NCBI GenBank assembly: GCA_045592905.1
Contig: JAZNVR010000020.1
Coordinates: 3,471-67,470, forward strand
Source: Candidatus Enterousia sp.
GTDB lineage: Bacteria > Pseudomonadota > Alphaproteobacteria > Rs-D84
Length of the DNA stretch: 64,000 bases
Reading direction: 5' to 3'
In this document: positions 39,971-50,003 of the stretch, in pieces
How the letters are laid out: every line of letters begins with the position of its first letter
Position numbering within the stretch: position 1 is the first letter of the stretch
The notes under the pieces: model-generated
Database searches by the model: none
Seen by the model: only the letters and a program-made list of their open reading frames with translations
What the model was told of the DNA's origin: nothing
Made by a program: the position numbers and the translations under genes

Positions 39971-40229
39971 ATTTTATTACTGCACCTTTTATCAAAGTCA
40001 GGTCTTCTTTGATATCGTCAATTTTAATTTGTATTCTGGCAATACCCGTTTCCAAGATTGTCGTTCTGTTTTCTAGGGCGGTTATGCGGGCATCAACACG
40101 TTCCAGTTCCAGAACAGAAAAATCCTGTTTGGCAGCCCAATAAATTACACCTGCAACAAACGCGATTAAAAACCAACTTTCACGCAGGAATTCCAGCAAT
40201 CCATTTACTGGCTTGTGTTGCGATTTCAT
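39969..40229 (-). CDS. Small TM + coiled-coil protein (holin/hemolysin XhlA-like)
   Basis: Hydrophobic WFLIAFVAGVIYW followed by heptads RITALENR...IKEDL. Confidence 0.5.
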   Translation of the reverse strand: MKSQHKPVNGLLEFLRESWFLIAFVAGVIYWAAKQDFSVLELERVDARITALENRTTILETGIARIQIKIDDIKEDLTLIKGAVIK

Positions 40230-40429
40230 GACTTGTCCCCCATGCCCCTGGATACCAGCGTTTCAATTTGATGCACCAAAAAACGCTGTGATTCCAATGA
40301 ACGCAATTCTGAATCTGTGGCGTTTGGACCCAAAACACGTTCAATTGTTGTTTTACGTAAATGTTCCAAAACACGCTGACCAGACACACCAGAAAATGTC
40401 TTGGCATATGCAATTTCTATATCTGTCAT
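40226..40429 (-). CDS. Bbp19-like small phage protein
   Basis: YAKTFSG.SGQRVLEHLR......LGP...LR.LESQR.LV..IE; directly after the portal gene. Confidence 0.7.
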   Translation of the reverse strand: MTDIEIAYAKTFSGVSGQRVLEHLRKTTIERVLGPNATDSELRSLESQRFLVHQIETLVSRGMGDKS

Positions 40430-41661
40430 AACGCACCCCCAAGAACACTTTCAATTGTTGTCATTTGTGCAATTGGTGCAATATATTTTAATTCTGCATC
40501 ACTGTTTAGTTTAATCGGTTCAATCAATCCACGTGATGACAATATTTGCAATCCACGATCACATAACGGTCTGATGAATTCATGCAGCATGCGTCCATAT
40601 GTTGCACCCAAAATTCGCATCATATCTGCGTTGCGTGCCATAATTTCTGTTGCTGTCATTTCTTTCTCGCTTAACAGCCCCAACCTGTCCGCCAACAGTG
40701 CATGACGAATTCTGTCACGCAGATCTTTTAATATAATCTGTGAAACATCAAAGTCAGCCGCACTGTTCAATGGGGTCAGACCAGATGAACCAACAGCCTT
40801 TGGTATAATCGCCCCAGGGGTCAGATTGATATTATTCAGATTTATAACCCCATCATCATCTGCCTGCCAGATGCCAGACACTGCGATTGTTGCGTTTTTA
40901 AGCACCAGTTCAACAACCTTGTTCGCAGTTTTAATATCTGGTAATGCACGCATAATTGGACTGCGACCATATATTTCCCCACTGACCACAGACCAGCGGA
41001 ATATAATATATGGATTGGTTTCAAATATGCCAGTTGATACAATATTGTTTTCAATATCACCACCAACATCCAACCACGCTGTAAATTCTGTGCCAACCAG
41101 GCTTTGTACCAATTTCAATTGCATTTCTGGGTTATTTTTGATTGATTCACGTATATTTGATGGCGGTGTCCATGTTGGATATTGTTCCATAACTTCACGT
41201 GCAGACATTGAAGTCGTATGAAATACAGCATTTGGTAAAACTGCAATATCAGACATCGGAATCGCTGTAAAATTAAATGCAGATGATGTACCAATTGGGT
41301 TTTGTGCCATAAACAAGCATGCTGTTCCCAATGTAACCAAATCCATATAACACTGATGCACAGTTGTATAAAAATTAGAATCGTTTAAATGTGCCCGCAA
41401 AACAGATGTTGCATAATCTGCATCTGGTGATAATTCACTTTCTGGAACCAGTTGCAACCACATTGATTCTGGTGGTGTCAACAATGTATAGATAGACGCA
41501 GCCAAATTATCTGCAGCATCTGATGCAGTGGCATCATACAATGTGGCCAAATCATCATCTGATGTTGGCATTGTATATCTGCGTGCATCATCCCAACGCT
41601 TTAACCATGGGTTGCGTAAATCCAAGGCACGTTTATAAAGTTGCTGTAAGTTATTTTGCAT
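40426..41661 (-). CDS. Portal / head-to-tail connector (T7 gp8/Bbp21-like), compact
   Basis: LYDATA.DA.DNLAA.....LTPP...W, DLVTLGTA, PYIIFRW....GEIYGRSP.MRALPDIKTAN, MTATEI. Confidence 0.88.
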   Translation of the reverse strand: MQNNLQQLYKRALDLRNPWLKRWDDARRYTMPTSDDDLATLYDATASDAADNLAASIYTLLTPPESMWLQLVPESELSPDADYATSVLRAHLNDSNFYTTVHQCYMDLVTLGTACLFMAQNPIGTSSAFNFTAIPMSDIAVLPNAVFHTTSMSAREVMEQYPTWTPPSNIRESIKNNPEMQLKLVQSLVGTEFTAWLDVGGDIENNIVSTGIFETNPYIIFRWSVVSGEIYGRSPIMRALPDIKTANKVVELVLKNATIAVSGIWQADDDGVINLNNINLTPGAIIPKAVGSSGLTPLNSAADFDVSQIILKDLRDRIRHALLADRLGLLSEKEMTATEIMARNADMMRILGATYGRMLHEFIRPLCDRGLQILSSRGLIEPIKLNSDAELKYIAPIAQMTTIESVLGGAL

Positions 41662-41689
41662 TTTTTATCCTTTGTTTTGTGTTATTTTT

Positions 41690-42529
41690 CTAAATCTTGA
41701 AATTTGTGTTTGCATTAAATGTTTTAACGCCATACCCCAATGGCCGAACAGGTATTGGTGTTTGTGCAATCGCACCGGCAACCGCATCCAATCCGTCATC
41801 ATGACCCGCATACGCAACAGGCGACCAACCAATCATTTCTGCAATCAATGGTGTTTTCTGGACACGTATATGTGCGTATAAATGCCCCGTACTTAGAACC
41901 GGTTCAATCGCAGACAATATGCGTTCTGATTTTGCACGATTATTTGCCACACGATTTACATATATGTTGCATCCACGACGCATGGCACAATCACGCATAA
42001 TTTCTGGCAATCCGCCACCAATACCATTTGTTTCAATTGTAATTTTGTTTAATCTATGCTGATACATATAATCAATTATCATGTCGCATTGGCAGGACAA
42101 TGGAAATTGTTCTGAATCAGGCACCGTTAAATACAAAATATCATGAATAAAAACATGTCTATTTTTATCATCACGATATAACAAAACACATGCACTGCCA
42201 TCACGTTTACTGCGACCGGTTGACGGATCCCAATACAACATGCAACCAGAAATTATGTATTCGCCAATTTTGGCTGTTCTGGGTTCAAATTCTTCGTTAT
42301 ACAAATGCAATCCGCCTGGATCAAGTCTGGCACGTTCTGGCGAAATAAATTCTAGCATCATTTGTGCAGAAAAATGTCGTGGCCCAACCGTTTGACGCAT
42401 TTGGTCTATTTTTTCGTGCGGAAACAATTCTGGCCATACCGGTTTTCCGGCATTATCCACGATTGGAATTTTTAATATTTTATATCCTGATAAAAAAGGC
42501 GTTGAAAAAGCATTTTTTTCATATAACAT
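41690..42529 (-). CDS. Terminase large subunit, C-terminal nuclease half
   Basis: Probable start MLYEK at 42529; WPELF, F.AQMM, YWDPS...DGSA, IETNGIG, K..RI..AIEP, HDDGLDA. Confidence 0.82.
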   Translation of the reverse strand: MLYEKNAFSTPFLSGYKILKIPIVDNAGKPVWPELFPHEKIDQMRQTVGPRHFSAQMMLEFISPERARLDPGGLHLYNEEFEPRTAKIGEYIISGCMLYWDPSTGRSKRDGSACVLLYRDDKNRHVFIHDILYLTVPDSEQFPLSCQCDMIIDYMYQHRLNKITIETNGIGGGLPEIMRDCAMRRGCNIYVNRVANNRAKSERILSAIEPVLSTGHLYAHIRVQKTPLIAEMIGWSPVAYAGHDDGLDAVAGAIAQTPIPVRPLGYGVKTFNANTNFKI

Positions 42530-42551
42530 TGAACCAAAGAAGGAATTTGAC

Positions 42552-44117
42552 ATGGACTTTACCCCTAAAACTTTACCTACGAATTTAGAAGCCGAACAGG
42601 CTGTGTTGGCTGCTGTTTTAATGAACAATCGTGCACTAGAAAACGTGTCAGAATTCCTGCGGGCAGAACATTTTTCACATCCTGCACACCAAGAAATATA
42701 TAAACTAGCAAACCGTCAATTTTCAGCCGGCATTCCATTTGATATAATCACTGCAAAAAATTACTTGGATCAACAAGGTGTTCTGGAAACTGTTGGTGGT
42801 GTTGATTACCTGACACAGTTATCTGGTGCTGGTGCAACTGTTGTGAACATTGAACAATATGCAAGAATTGTATACGAACATGCAATGCGACGTAACTTAA
42901 TTGCATTGGGTCAAGATATTACTGACAAGGCATTTATTGAAGATTTAGATAATCCTGTATCACGACAAATTGAAATTGCGGAACAAAAACTGTTTGATAT
43001 GGCAACAATTGGTTCATCTGAACGTGAAGTTACATCTATTAAATCTGCATTAGATGCCGCACTGAAAGAAGTTGAAATCGCATATAAGGCAGATGGTCAA
43101 CTGTCTGGTTTAACAACAGGATTGTCTGCACTGGATAAATCAATCAGTGGGTTGCATAATTCTGACTTAATTATTATTGCTGGACGACCAGCGATGGGAA
43201 AAACCACACTGGCAACGAACATTGCATTTAATGCCGCAAATGCAATTATGTACGGTCGTGCAAATCCAAACTACAAGGGTGTTGTTGCATTTTTTAGTCT
43301 TGAAATGTCATCATCACAATTGGCTGCACGTATATTGTCATCTCAATCCAAGGTACCTGCATCCGCAATGCGTGAAGGGGCTGTAACAGATGAAGATTTT
43401 ATGAAGATGACACAGTATTCCGCTGCAATCAGCAAAATACCATTGTTTATTGATGATACACCCGGAATGTCCGTCCCAATGATTCGCACACGTGCCAGAC
43501 GCTTGGCACGCAAGCATGGCGGAATCGCACTGATTGTAATTGACTATCTGCAATTAATGACATCACCTGGTGGCAAAAAAAGCGATAATCGTGTCCAAGA
43601 AATTTCTGAAATAACACGTGGTCTGAAAATGCTGGCCAAAGACTTAAATGTTCCTGTTATCGCATTGTCCCAGTTATCACGTAGTGTTGAATCACGTGAT
43701 GACAAACGTCCACAATTGGCAGACTTGCGTGAATCAGGTTCTATTGAACAAGATGCTGATATTGTTATGTTCACATATCGTGAAGAATATTATCTGCAAA
43801 ATCGTGACCCATCAGAAAGAATGTCTAATACAACAAACAACGCAATGGTTGAAAGTTGGCAAAAACGTTTAGAACGTGCACGTGGCAAAGCAGATATTAT
43901 CATTGGCAAAAACCGACATGGTCGCCCAGAAACCGTACGAACAGCGTTCTTTGGCGATTACAGTCTGTTTGACAATCTGGATGAATTCCAAGCACGTGGC
44001 GAAAATGAATTCGCACAGCCTGCACCAACTGTTTCTGCGTCAACGTTTGCACCAAATCCTGACACAATGCCAACAGCGATTGACCCAGATGAAATACCAG
44101 ACGATATTCTAATGTAA
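42552..44117 (+). CDS. dnaB: Replicative DNA helicase
   Basis: P.NLEAEQAVL, AGRPAMGKT, FSLEMS, IDYLQL, LSQLSR.VESR.DKRPQLADLRESGSIEQDAD, KNRHG. Confidence 0.97.
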   Translation: MDFTPKTLPTNLEAEQAVLAAVLMNNRALENVSEFLRAEHFSHPAHQEIYKLANRQFSAGIPFDIITAKNYLDQQGVLETVGGVDYLTQLSGAGATVVNIEQYARIVYEHAMRRNLIALGQDITDKAFIEDLDNPVSRQIEIAEQKLFDMATIGSSEREVTSIKSALDAALKEVEIAYKADGQLSGLTTGLSALDKSISGLHNSDLIIIAGRPAMGKTTLATNIAFNAANAIMYGRANPNYKGVVAFFSLEMSSSQLAARILSSQSKVPASAMREGAVTDEDFMKMTQYSAAISKIPLFIDDTPGMSVPMIRTRARRLARKHGGIALIVIDYLQLMTSPGGKKSDNRVQEISEITRGLKMLAKDLNVPVIALSQLSRSVESRDDKRPQLADLRESGSIEQDADIVMFTYREEYYLQNRDPSERMSNTTNNAMVESWQKRLERARGKADIIIGKNRHGRPETVRTAFFGDYSLFDNLDEFQARGENEFAQPAPTVSASTFAPNPDTMPTAIDPDEIPDDILM

Positions 44118-44195
44118 TTTTGTATGATTTTACTTGCACATTTTCTAAAAATTGACTAATATTTTGTCAAGAAATAAATTTTTAGGAGCATTGCC

Positions 44196-45203
44196 ATGGC
44201 ACAAGAAGAAATCATTTTTCCAAATAATATACGCAACATTCGGTTGGCGGCTGGTATGAAAATGACTGAATTAGCACGCAGAACTGGATTATCATTATCC
44301 GCAGTATCCAAAATTGAAAAAGGCGTTCGTCGCTTAAACCAAAAACAATTGTTAAATATTTGCAGTATCTTGGGTTGCAAATTATCAGATATATTTATCA
44401 AGGAATCTGACGACGTTGCAAATCAATGGCAAAATGAAATCAAACGCCGTATGACAGATAACGAAGATAACGGTCTGAAAGTATTCGGCAGTGGATTACG
44501 CAAAATCCGCCAAATCAAAGGTAAAACTATCGCACAGGCTGCCAAAGATGCTGGAATGACATTGTCTGTATATCATAAAATAGAAGTTGGACAACGTGAA
44601 ATCTATAAAAATGAAATTGAACCGTTGGCAAAATCATTCGCAATGGGCGTTGAAGATATGTTTCAACAAATCGCAGATTTATATAAATCTGGTGAATTAA
44701 ACAAACATATTAACAAGGTCAAAGAACGTGTCAAATCTGTTTTAATTCCAGGCAGTCCAATATCTGGTATTGACATGCAAGGCAGCGTTTTTGGTGCAAA
44801 ATTATATGACAGTGCACGAAAAAAATTAGTTCCTGTGTTTGGTATGCCTGCTGGAAAGGCAATTGCATTCAAAAAGTCTGACGAAACAATGATTGTCGCA
44901 CCAATCGCACTGGAAGGTCGCAAAGGTGTTTATGCTGTTGTTCCAAACACAAAAAGACTGGGTGGATTTATACCAGAAAAATCATACGTATTTGTTGATG
45001 CATTAACACCCGCAACCCCAGGCGATTTAGCGGTATGTGTTGACCCAGATTTTGATAACTTGAATTCAGAAACAACAACAACCGCACATATCGTAAGTGT
45101 TCGTCAAGATTCCAAAGGCAATTTGTATGGCCATATTGCAGCACCAGAAGAAAAAATTACTGGCAAACTAATGCACAAGGTCATAATGATTGTTACAGAA
45201 TAA
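44196..45203 (+). CDS. Regulator with two XRE HTH domains and a degenerate S24-like C-terminus
   Basis: IRNIR..AGM...ELA..TGLS.SAVSKIEKG and LRKIR......AQAA..AGM..SVY.KIEVG; C-terminal VPVFG..AG...YAV...VFVD...PGD. Confidence 0.8.
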   Translation: MAQEEIIFPNNIRNIRLAAGMKMTELARRTGLSLSAVSKIEKGVRRLNQKQLLNICSILGCKLSDIFIKESDDVANQWQNEIKRRMTDNEDNGLKVFGSGLRKIRQIKGKTIAQAAKDAGMTLSVYHKIEVGQREIYKNEIEPLAKSFAMGVEDMFQQIADLYKSGELNKHINKVKERVKSVLIPGSPISGIDMQGSVFGAKLYDSARKKLVPVFGMPAGKAIAFKKSDETMIVAPIALEGRKGVYAVVPNTKRLGGFIPEKSYVFVDALTPATPGDLAVCVDPDFDNLNSETTTTAHIVSVRQDSKGNLYGHIAAPEEKITGKLMHKVIMIVTE

Positions 45204-45233
45204 ATCACCCTATATGGAGAGAGAGGGTATACC

Positions 45234-45875
45234 ATGAAAGCAAAAATTCGTGCAACCGCACAAAAGTTACTAAATCTGTATCGCCAAGCACATGTAATTG
45301 TTGGTGGCTGGGGTACGGTTAACCCAATCTTTGTTGACGAAGCGGACGATAATGTAATTCATGAAATTCAAGATTTACCAACTGGTAAAATGCTGGTGCG
45401 TCATATTGAAAATCTGCGTAGTGGCAAAACCCCAATGGATTCAATTGAACGTGAATTGTTACCATATGGCGGCATGATGGTTGGCGAAGAAATTACCCCG
45501 ATTAATCTGACAGCAGAACAATGGTCTGAATTAGAATATGGACTTGAAAACTTTGTTCCAAACCAAGAAGGACTTGATGCATTCACTTCATTGGATGTTA
45601 TTAAGCATTTTGGCGAACAATGGCCCGAAATAATTAGTTCTGTTATACAATCAAAAAAACATTTACAAGATAAATGGGCTGCTGTAAAGCATACTTTTAA
45701 CGCATACAGACTGTGGGTATCTGCAAATGAGGTTATATCAAAACCATTAACGGAACGTGTTCGTGCCCAAGTTCAAGCAGATATGCCAGAATACGAAACA
45801 TACTTGCCGATGTTTGGCGATGCAGGTAATAAACTGTTAACAAAATTACGCACATTTATCAGCAGCATTGGTTAA
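45234..45875 (+). CDS. Hypothetical protein
   Basis: 213-aa ORF with GAGGG RBS; its stop overlaps the TerL-N stop in TTAA. Confidence 0.7.
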   Translation: MKAKIRATAQKLLNLYRQAHVIVGGWGTVNPIFVDEADDNVIHEIQDLPTGKMLVRHIENLRSGKTPMDSIERELLPYGGMMVGEEITPINLTAEQWSELEYGLENFVPNQEGLDAFTSLDVIKHFGEQWPEIISSVIQSKKHLQDKWAAVKHTFNAYRLWVSANEVISKPLTERVRAQVQADMPEYETYLPMFGDAGNKLLTKLRTFISSIG

Positions 45876-46477
45876 TCACTTGAATCGGTACGATATATCG
45901 TATCATATGTATGCGGTGTTCCAATATAAATCATTGTTCCCGATGGCGATAAGATAAAATCTAGTTCACGCAACCGTTCTCGCAGACTTTCTCGTTTGAC
46001 AGCAGTGTTTGATGTATTTGGCACTTCTACGTCATCACATATTATTAAATCTGCACGCATACCTGTTATATTTCCATAAACGCCCTGACAAATAACAGAC
46101 GGTTCACGAATACCTATTGGTCTGTTAATTGTTATGCGTCCTGTGGCCCACTCTTTTTTATTTGTTGGAATTAATTCAGAACAAAACGTATGATTTTCCA
46201 AAATATGTTTTATATGTGCTACCATACGGGTTGCCAACGTAGATTCTGCGGACAATATCAATATTCTGGTTTCTGGCCGCAAGTATAAAACACATGCCGC
46301 AAACACACCAACAACCGTAGATTTTCCAGAATGCCGAAACGCCATTAATAAACCACGATGTGGATTATGTGTCCAAACATCAACAAAAAAACGCATTATA
46401 GTACGATGATGTTTGGGTGTTTTTAATCCCAGAATTCTGTTCCATTCATCTAAAAAATTATAAAACTCCGTAATCAT
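45872..46477 (-). CDS. Terminase large subunit, N-terminal ATPase half
   Basis: Walker A MAFRHSGKST, ITGMRAD, Walker B IICDDVE, motif III YIGTPH; ends 12 residues later. Confidence 0.85.
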   Translation of the reverse strand: MITEFYNFLDEWNRILGLKTPKHHRTIMRFFVDVWTHNPHRGLLMAFRHSGKSTVVGVFAACVLYLRPETRILILSAESTLATRMVAHIKHILENHTFCSELIPTNKKEWATGRITINRPIGIREPSVICQGVYGNITGMRADLIICDDVEVPNTSNTAVKRESLRERLRELDFILSPSGTMIYIGTPHTYDTIYRTDSSD

Positions 46478-47009
46478 CGTTATTTTCATTTGGTGCAGGT
46501 TCAGAAACAAATCCGTAATCATTTATCAATACAGGCAACGCATTTTTTAGAACACTGACCAGGTTACGATACAGCCCCAGCACCGCCCCACCGGACAATT
46601 TGTCTTCTATGACCTGTAATGTATAATCCATTTGTTTTTTTATTTCATCATGTTTGTTGACCCATTCTAATAAATCAACATCTATGTTTTGTATGTCTTG
46701 AAATGCAGCCAGCAGAAAATTGAAATCCGAATTCAAGTGTTCTGGATCAATGATTTTTGTTGGCTGATAATCAATTACACGTGACAGTGATATCTGCCGA
46801 AATATATCTATCTTGGTATCAGCAGTTGGTGCAACATCAAAAACGACATTTCCACCAGAAAAATCATCATTTGGTATAATTGAAAAATTTTGATTTTCAC
46901 AATCTATGACATCATCAATAGCAACATGAATATCTGCAATTTGAAAGAAAGGAAAAGAAAACGCAAATTCTGTTGTATTACCATCTGAAACATAAGATAT
47001 TTTATACAT
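46458..47009 (-). CDS. T7 gp17-like tail-fibre N-terminal (adaptor) protein
   Basis: Y.SDGNTTEF.F.FPFF...DI.V, GG.VVF..AP......I.R, LN.DF..L....QD; ends with two DYG motifs. Confidence 0.8.
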   Translation of the reverse strand: MYKISYVSDGNTTEFAFSFPFFQIADIHVAIDDVIDCENQNFSIIPNDDFSGGNVVFDVAPTADTKIDIFRQISLSRVIDYQPTKIIDPEHLNSDFNFLLAAFQDIQNIDVDLLEWVNKHDEIKKQMDYTLQVIEDKLSGGAVLGLYRNLVSVLKNALPVLINDYGFVSEPAPNENNDDYGVL

Positions 47010-47041
47010 ACAATTCCCCCTTGGTTTGATTAGAATAAATA

Positions 47042-47386
47042 TTATCCGACCAAATCATCAAGTCTGGACAATAACGATTTTAATAAATTTGGTTTTTTTA
47101 CATTTGTGTTTTTCAACTTCATTAGATTGCTACGCTTTTTTTCATCATATGGTGCTGATGTTTCTGATTTTAATCTGCGTAGTACTGCACCCTCGCTTAT
47201 ACCACCAGACATTCCAGATGCACCAAATTTTGCACGTTGTGTTGATAAAACTTTATTTATTAAATTCGTTTTTTCTTTTTCATCTTGTGCCATCTGTTCC
47301 AATATTTCTTTACGTTGTGAATTTACATTTTTTTTAGCATCTTTGTAATCCAACAATTCTGTTACATCAGATACAATTTGTCCCAT
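47042..47386 (-). CDS. Virion-associated protein (internal virion protein-like)
   Basis: Coiled N-terminus, QRAKFGASGM..G.S..VL; lies after the tail tube genes. Confidence 0.55.
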   Translation of the reverse strand: MGQIVSDVTELLDYKDAKKNVNSQRKEILEQMAQDEKEKTNLINKVLSTQRAKFGASGMSGGISEGAVLRRLKSETSAPYDEKKRSNLMKLKNTNVKKPNLLKSLLSRLDDLVG

Positions 47387-47406
47387 TTTTTATCCTTTTT
47401 ATTATT

Positions 47407-49119
47407 TTATATCGTATACCAACCATGAACCGTTACAGACAAAATGGTTACAGGATATGGTTCTGAACCATGTATTGTCCACATTGGATTCATCGTATTA
47501 TCTATTGTTCCCAGCAAATTAACAAACACATCGCCATTATATCCGTTACTGGATGCATCATATACTTCGTTCGGTAATGTTATACGATGCTGATTAATGT
47601 ATATAGATTTAGTGTTAATCACACGTGCCACTACTTTTCGTACTTTGATACGACTGGCATTATGTTTTGATGAACGTAATGGCATCCCCGATGCACAAAA
47701 AGCAAAATGATATTGTCCTGCGTCAACCATTGCATTTTTATCAAAGACTTCTAAACAAATTTTGTTATTTCGTATAACAACGACATATGTTTTTTCACCA
47801 GATACCACAACAGAAATAAAACGTCCTTGGGTTTTATATTCAGACCATGCCGAAATTCCCAATGCCGCATTTTGATTTAACACCGCCAATACACCATCAT
47901 TTTTTACGACAAACAATTGACGATTTGTACCGTTATATGCCATATCAATAGGTTCATTCATTAAATGTTTTGACAATGCACACAAATCATTTGCGTTATA
48001 TTTTTCACCCAACTCATCCAAACTAAGTTCACGAATATCACGACCGTTTGCAGACATAAAAACTGTTGCTCCTTCTATCTTTTGTGGTGGCAAATGTCGT
48101 AACAAATAAGAACCAACAGATGTATGCTGTTTCACATCAACAGATGACGGTGTTAACGGTTTATTAGAAATTGCCCATTCACCAGAATTTGTTAATATCT
48201 GCAAATTATCACTGCTGACTAATGTGCGAATCTGTTGACGTTCTTGGGATTGTAATGATATGAATATTGCTTCGTCATCAAGTCCCGTACCAGTATCAAA
48301 ATTTTTGTGTCGTCCAACTTGCGACATCCAAACACCACTGGGCCAACTGGGCGTTCCACCAAACACCAATCTGTCCTGATGAAACGTAATACAAGATGGC
48401 CAACCACGACGATTGCTGAATGCGGACTCATACCATTGTGCAACAGGATTTTCTGGTCTGGTATAAACGCCATTTATATATGCAACAACCTGTGTTGGAC
48501 TGATATATTCTGTAATCAACCATTGATTGTCCAATAAATACAAGCGACTGCCCACACTGTCTGGTGTCCAAAAATTTGTATTCGTTGTAAACGTTGCATA
48601 ATTGTTTCCCTGGGCATTTGTATCAACTGTAATTAATACACCAGATGCATCATCAAATTTTACGAACGGCAAATTAATTGTCATATTTTCATTACCGTCA
48701 AAAATAAATCTGGATAACGAAAATCCTGTATCTGTTTTTTCCAATACATATGGCGGATAATTTGGATGCACAAAAATCATTGTATCAAAGCGTTGTGCAT
48801 ATTGAATATTTTTTACATCATCATACGCCCATGGCGATAACATATCTTTGACACGAATATTATCATGATATATATAAACACGTTGATTCATTAATGCCAA
48901 AACATATTCTTTGCCATCTGCCACAGAAAAAGATATTAATCTGGCATTATCTGGCAATTGATCCACAGTGGTTAGTCCCCATCTGCGTGATAAAGCACCG
49001 CTGGCCATAACGTCCATATTTTCTAGTTTTGACAATCCATTTATTCCATCACGTGCATAAAATTCCGAAGAAACTTCACCTTGTGCAAAAGAATTTTGTG
49101 TTTTTATAAATTCTGCCAT
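47407..49119 (-). CDS. Tail tubular protein B / nozzle (T7 gp12-like)
   Basis: Q.SF..GEVS, G.L.RR.G, YAQ..DT...VHP..PP, GWPS..TFHQDRLVFGG, W.S.VG...NF. Confidence 0.85.
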   Translation of the reverse strand: MAEFIKTQNSFAQGEVSSEFYARDGINGLSKLENMDVMASGALSRRWGLTTVDQLPDNARLISFSVADGKEYVLALMNQRVYIYHDNIRVKDMLSPWAYDDVKNIQYAQRFDTMIFVHPNYPPYVLEKTDTGFSLSRFIFDGNENMTINLPFVKFDDASGVLITVDTNAQGNNYATFTTNTNFWTPDSVGSRLYLLDNQWLITEYISPTQVVAYINGVYTRPENPVAQWYESAFSNRRGWPSCITFHQDRLVFGGTPSWPSGVWMSQVGRHKNFDTGTGLDDEAIFISLQSQERQQIRTLVSSDNLQILTNSGEWAISNKPLTPSSVDVKQHTSVGSYLLRHLPPQKIEGATVFMSANGRDIRELSLDELGEKYNANDLCALSKHLMNEPIDMAYNGTNRQLFVVKNDGVLAVLNQNAALGISAWSEYKTQGRFISVVVSGEKTYVVVIRNNKICLEVFDKNAMVDAGQYHFAFCASGMPLRSSKHNASRIKVRKVVARVINTKSIYINQHRITLPNEVYDASSNGYNGDVFVNLLGTIDNTMNPMWTIHGSEPYPVTILSVTVHGWYTI

Positions 49120-49130
49120 TTTTTCCCCCA

Positions 49131-49649
49131 TTAAAATCGTGCACTAACCAATGAAAAATCAGTTATCCCACCAGATACAGATGTTGTACTGTCTATGTAT
49201 TTAGCGTTTTGCAATTCAGATTCATACAGTGCAACCAATGTACGAAACACAGTATTATCACCCAACAATGGCATGCAAAATTCCATTGCAAGACGTGTTG
49301 CAACCAATTCAGCAAAATAACTGGGGAAACTTTCTGGTGCGGTTTTAACAATCGCAACAATAGAAATATTATCCATATCAGATATAATTTTGTTCCCAAT
49401 AATATTTCCTTGGGATTTTAATACACGTAAAACATTTGATGGCACTAAAAAGTTTCCATCTGTATTTTTTATTAAATCAATTTGCTGTTGTGCAAAATGC
49501 CATGGATGCAATGCCAACAGTGAATTAACAATCGTATCAAATAATGTACGTGCTAATTTCGCAGGGGCACTATCATCTGTTAAAGATTGGATTGGCGATT
49601 CCCCTAATTTTAATAATGCCATAGAACACAAATCTATTTTTGTAAGCAT
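49131..49649 (-). CDS. Tail tubular protein A / adaptor (T7 gp11-like)
   Basis: IDLCS.AL.KLGE.PI.S, LL..HPW.FA, FP.YF...V..RLA.E. Confidence 0.82.
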   Translation of the reverse strand: MLTKIDLCSMALLKLGESPIQSLTDDSAPAKLARTLFDTIVNSLLALHPWHFAQQQIDLIKNTDGNFLVPSNVLRVLKSQGNIIGNKIISDMDNISIVAIVKTAPESFPSYFAELVATRLAMEFCMPLLGDNTVFRTLVALYESELQNAKYIDSTTSVSGGITDFSLVSARF

Positions 49650-49726
49650 TTTTATCACCCCTTTATAATATTTTTAGAAAAAAACAGACCGGCAGAAAAC
49701 CGGTCTGTGCAAGATATAAAAGTATA

Positions 49727-49957
49727 TTATGCCAATGCAACAGTAGTTACATTTAATTCTGTAATATTTATTTTCTTAATCGCAGTGTTATCAGATGCAT
49801 TGATTATAATTATATCACCAATATTCATCAGTGTTTTAACATTATTAAAATATCCGTTTGCAGTAATTGTTGACAACGTTTCATCTGCACTGTAATGCCA
49901 CAATGTAAATCCATTTGCATATGCAATAACTGACAAGTTTTTATTTTGAAATGCCAT
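49727..49957 (-). CDS. Small capsid-associated (decoration-like) protein
   Basis: LSVIAYANGFTLWHY...GYFN...GD.I; directly after the capsid gene. Confidence 0.6.
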   Translation of the reverse strand: MAFQNKNLSVIAYANGFTLWHYSADETLSTITANGYFNNVKTLMNIGDIIIINASDNTAIKKINITELNVTTVALA

Positions 49958-50003
49958 GTTTTTTCCTTTTTTTATTTTTATTTGATTTTATTGTATTATT
50001 GAC

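Noticed and set aside
42530-42628. N-terminal extension of TerL-C as given in the ORF track
   Set aside because: Antisense to the dnaB start and RBS; terminase-like sequence begins only after ~42529
42552-44117. dnaB as a phage replication helicase
   Set aside because: Full-length bacterial-type DnaB on the opposite strand, with no loader, primase or initiator nearby; a second genomic copy would reopen this
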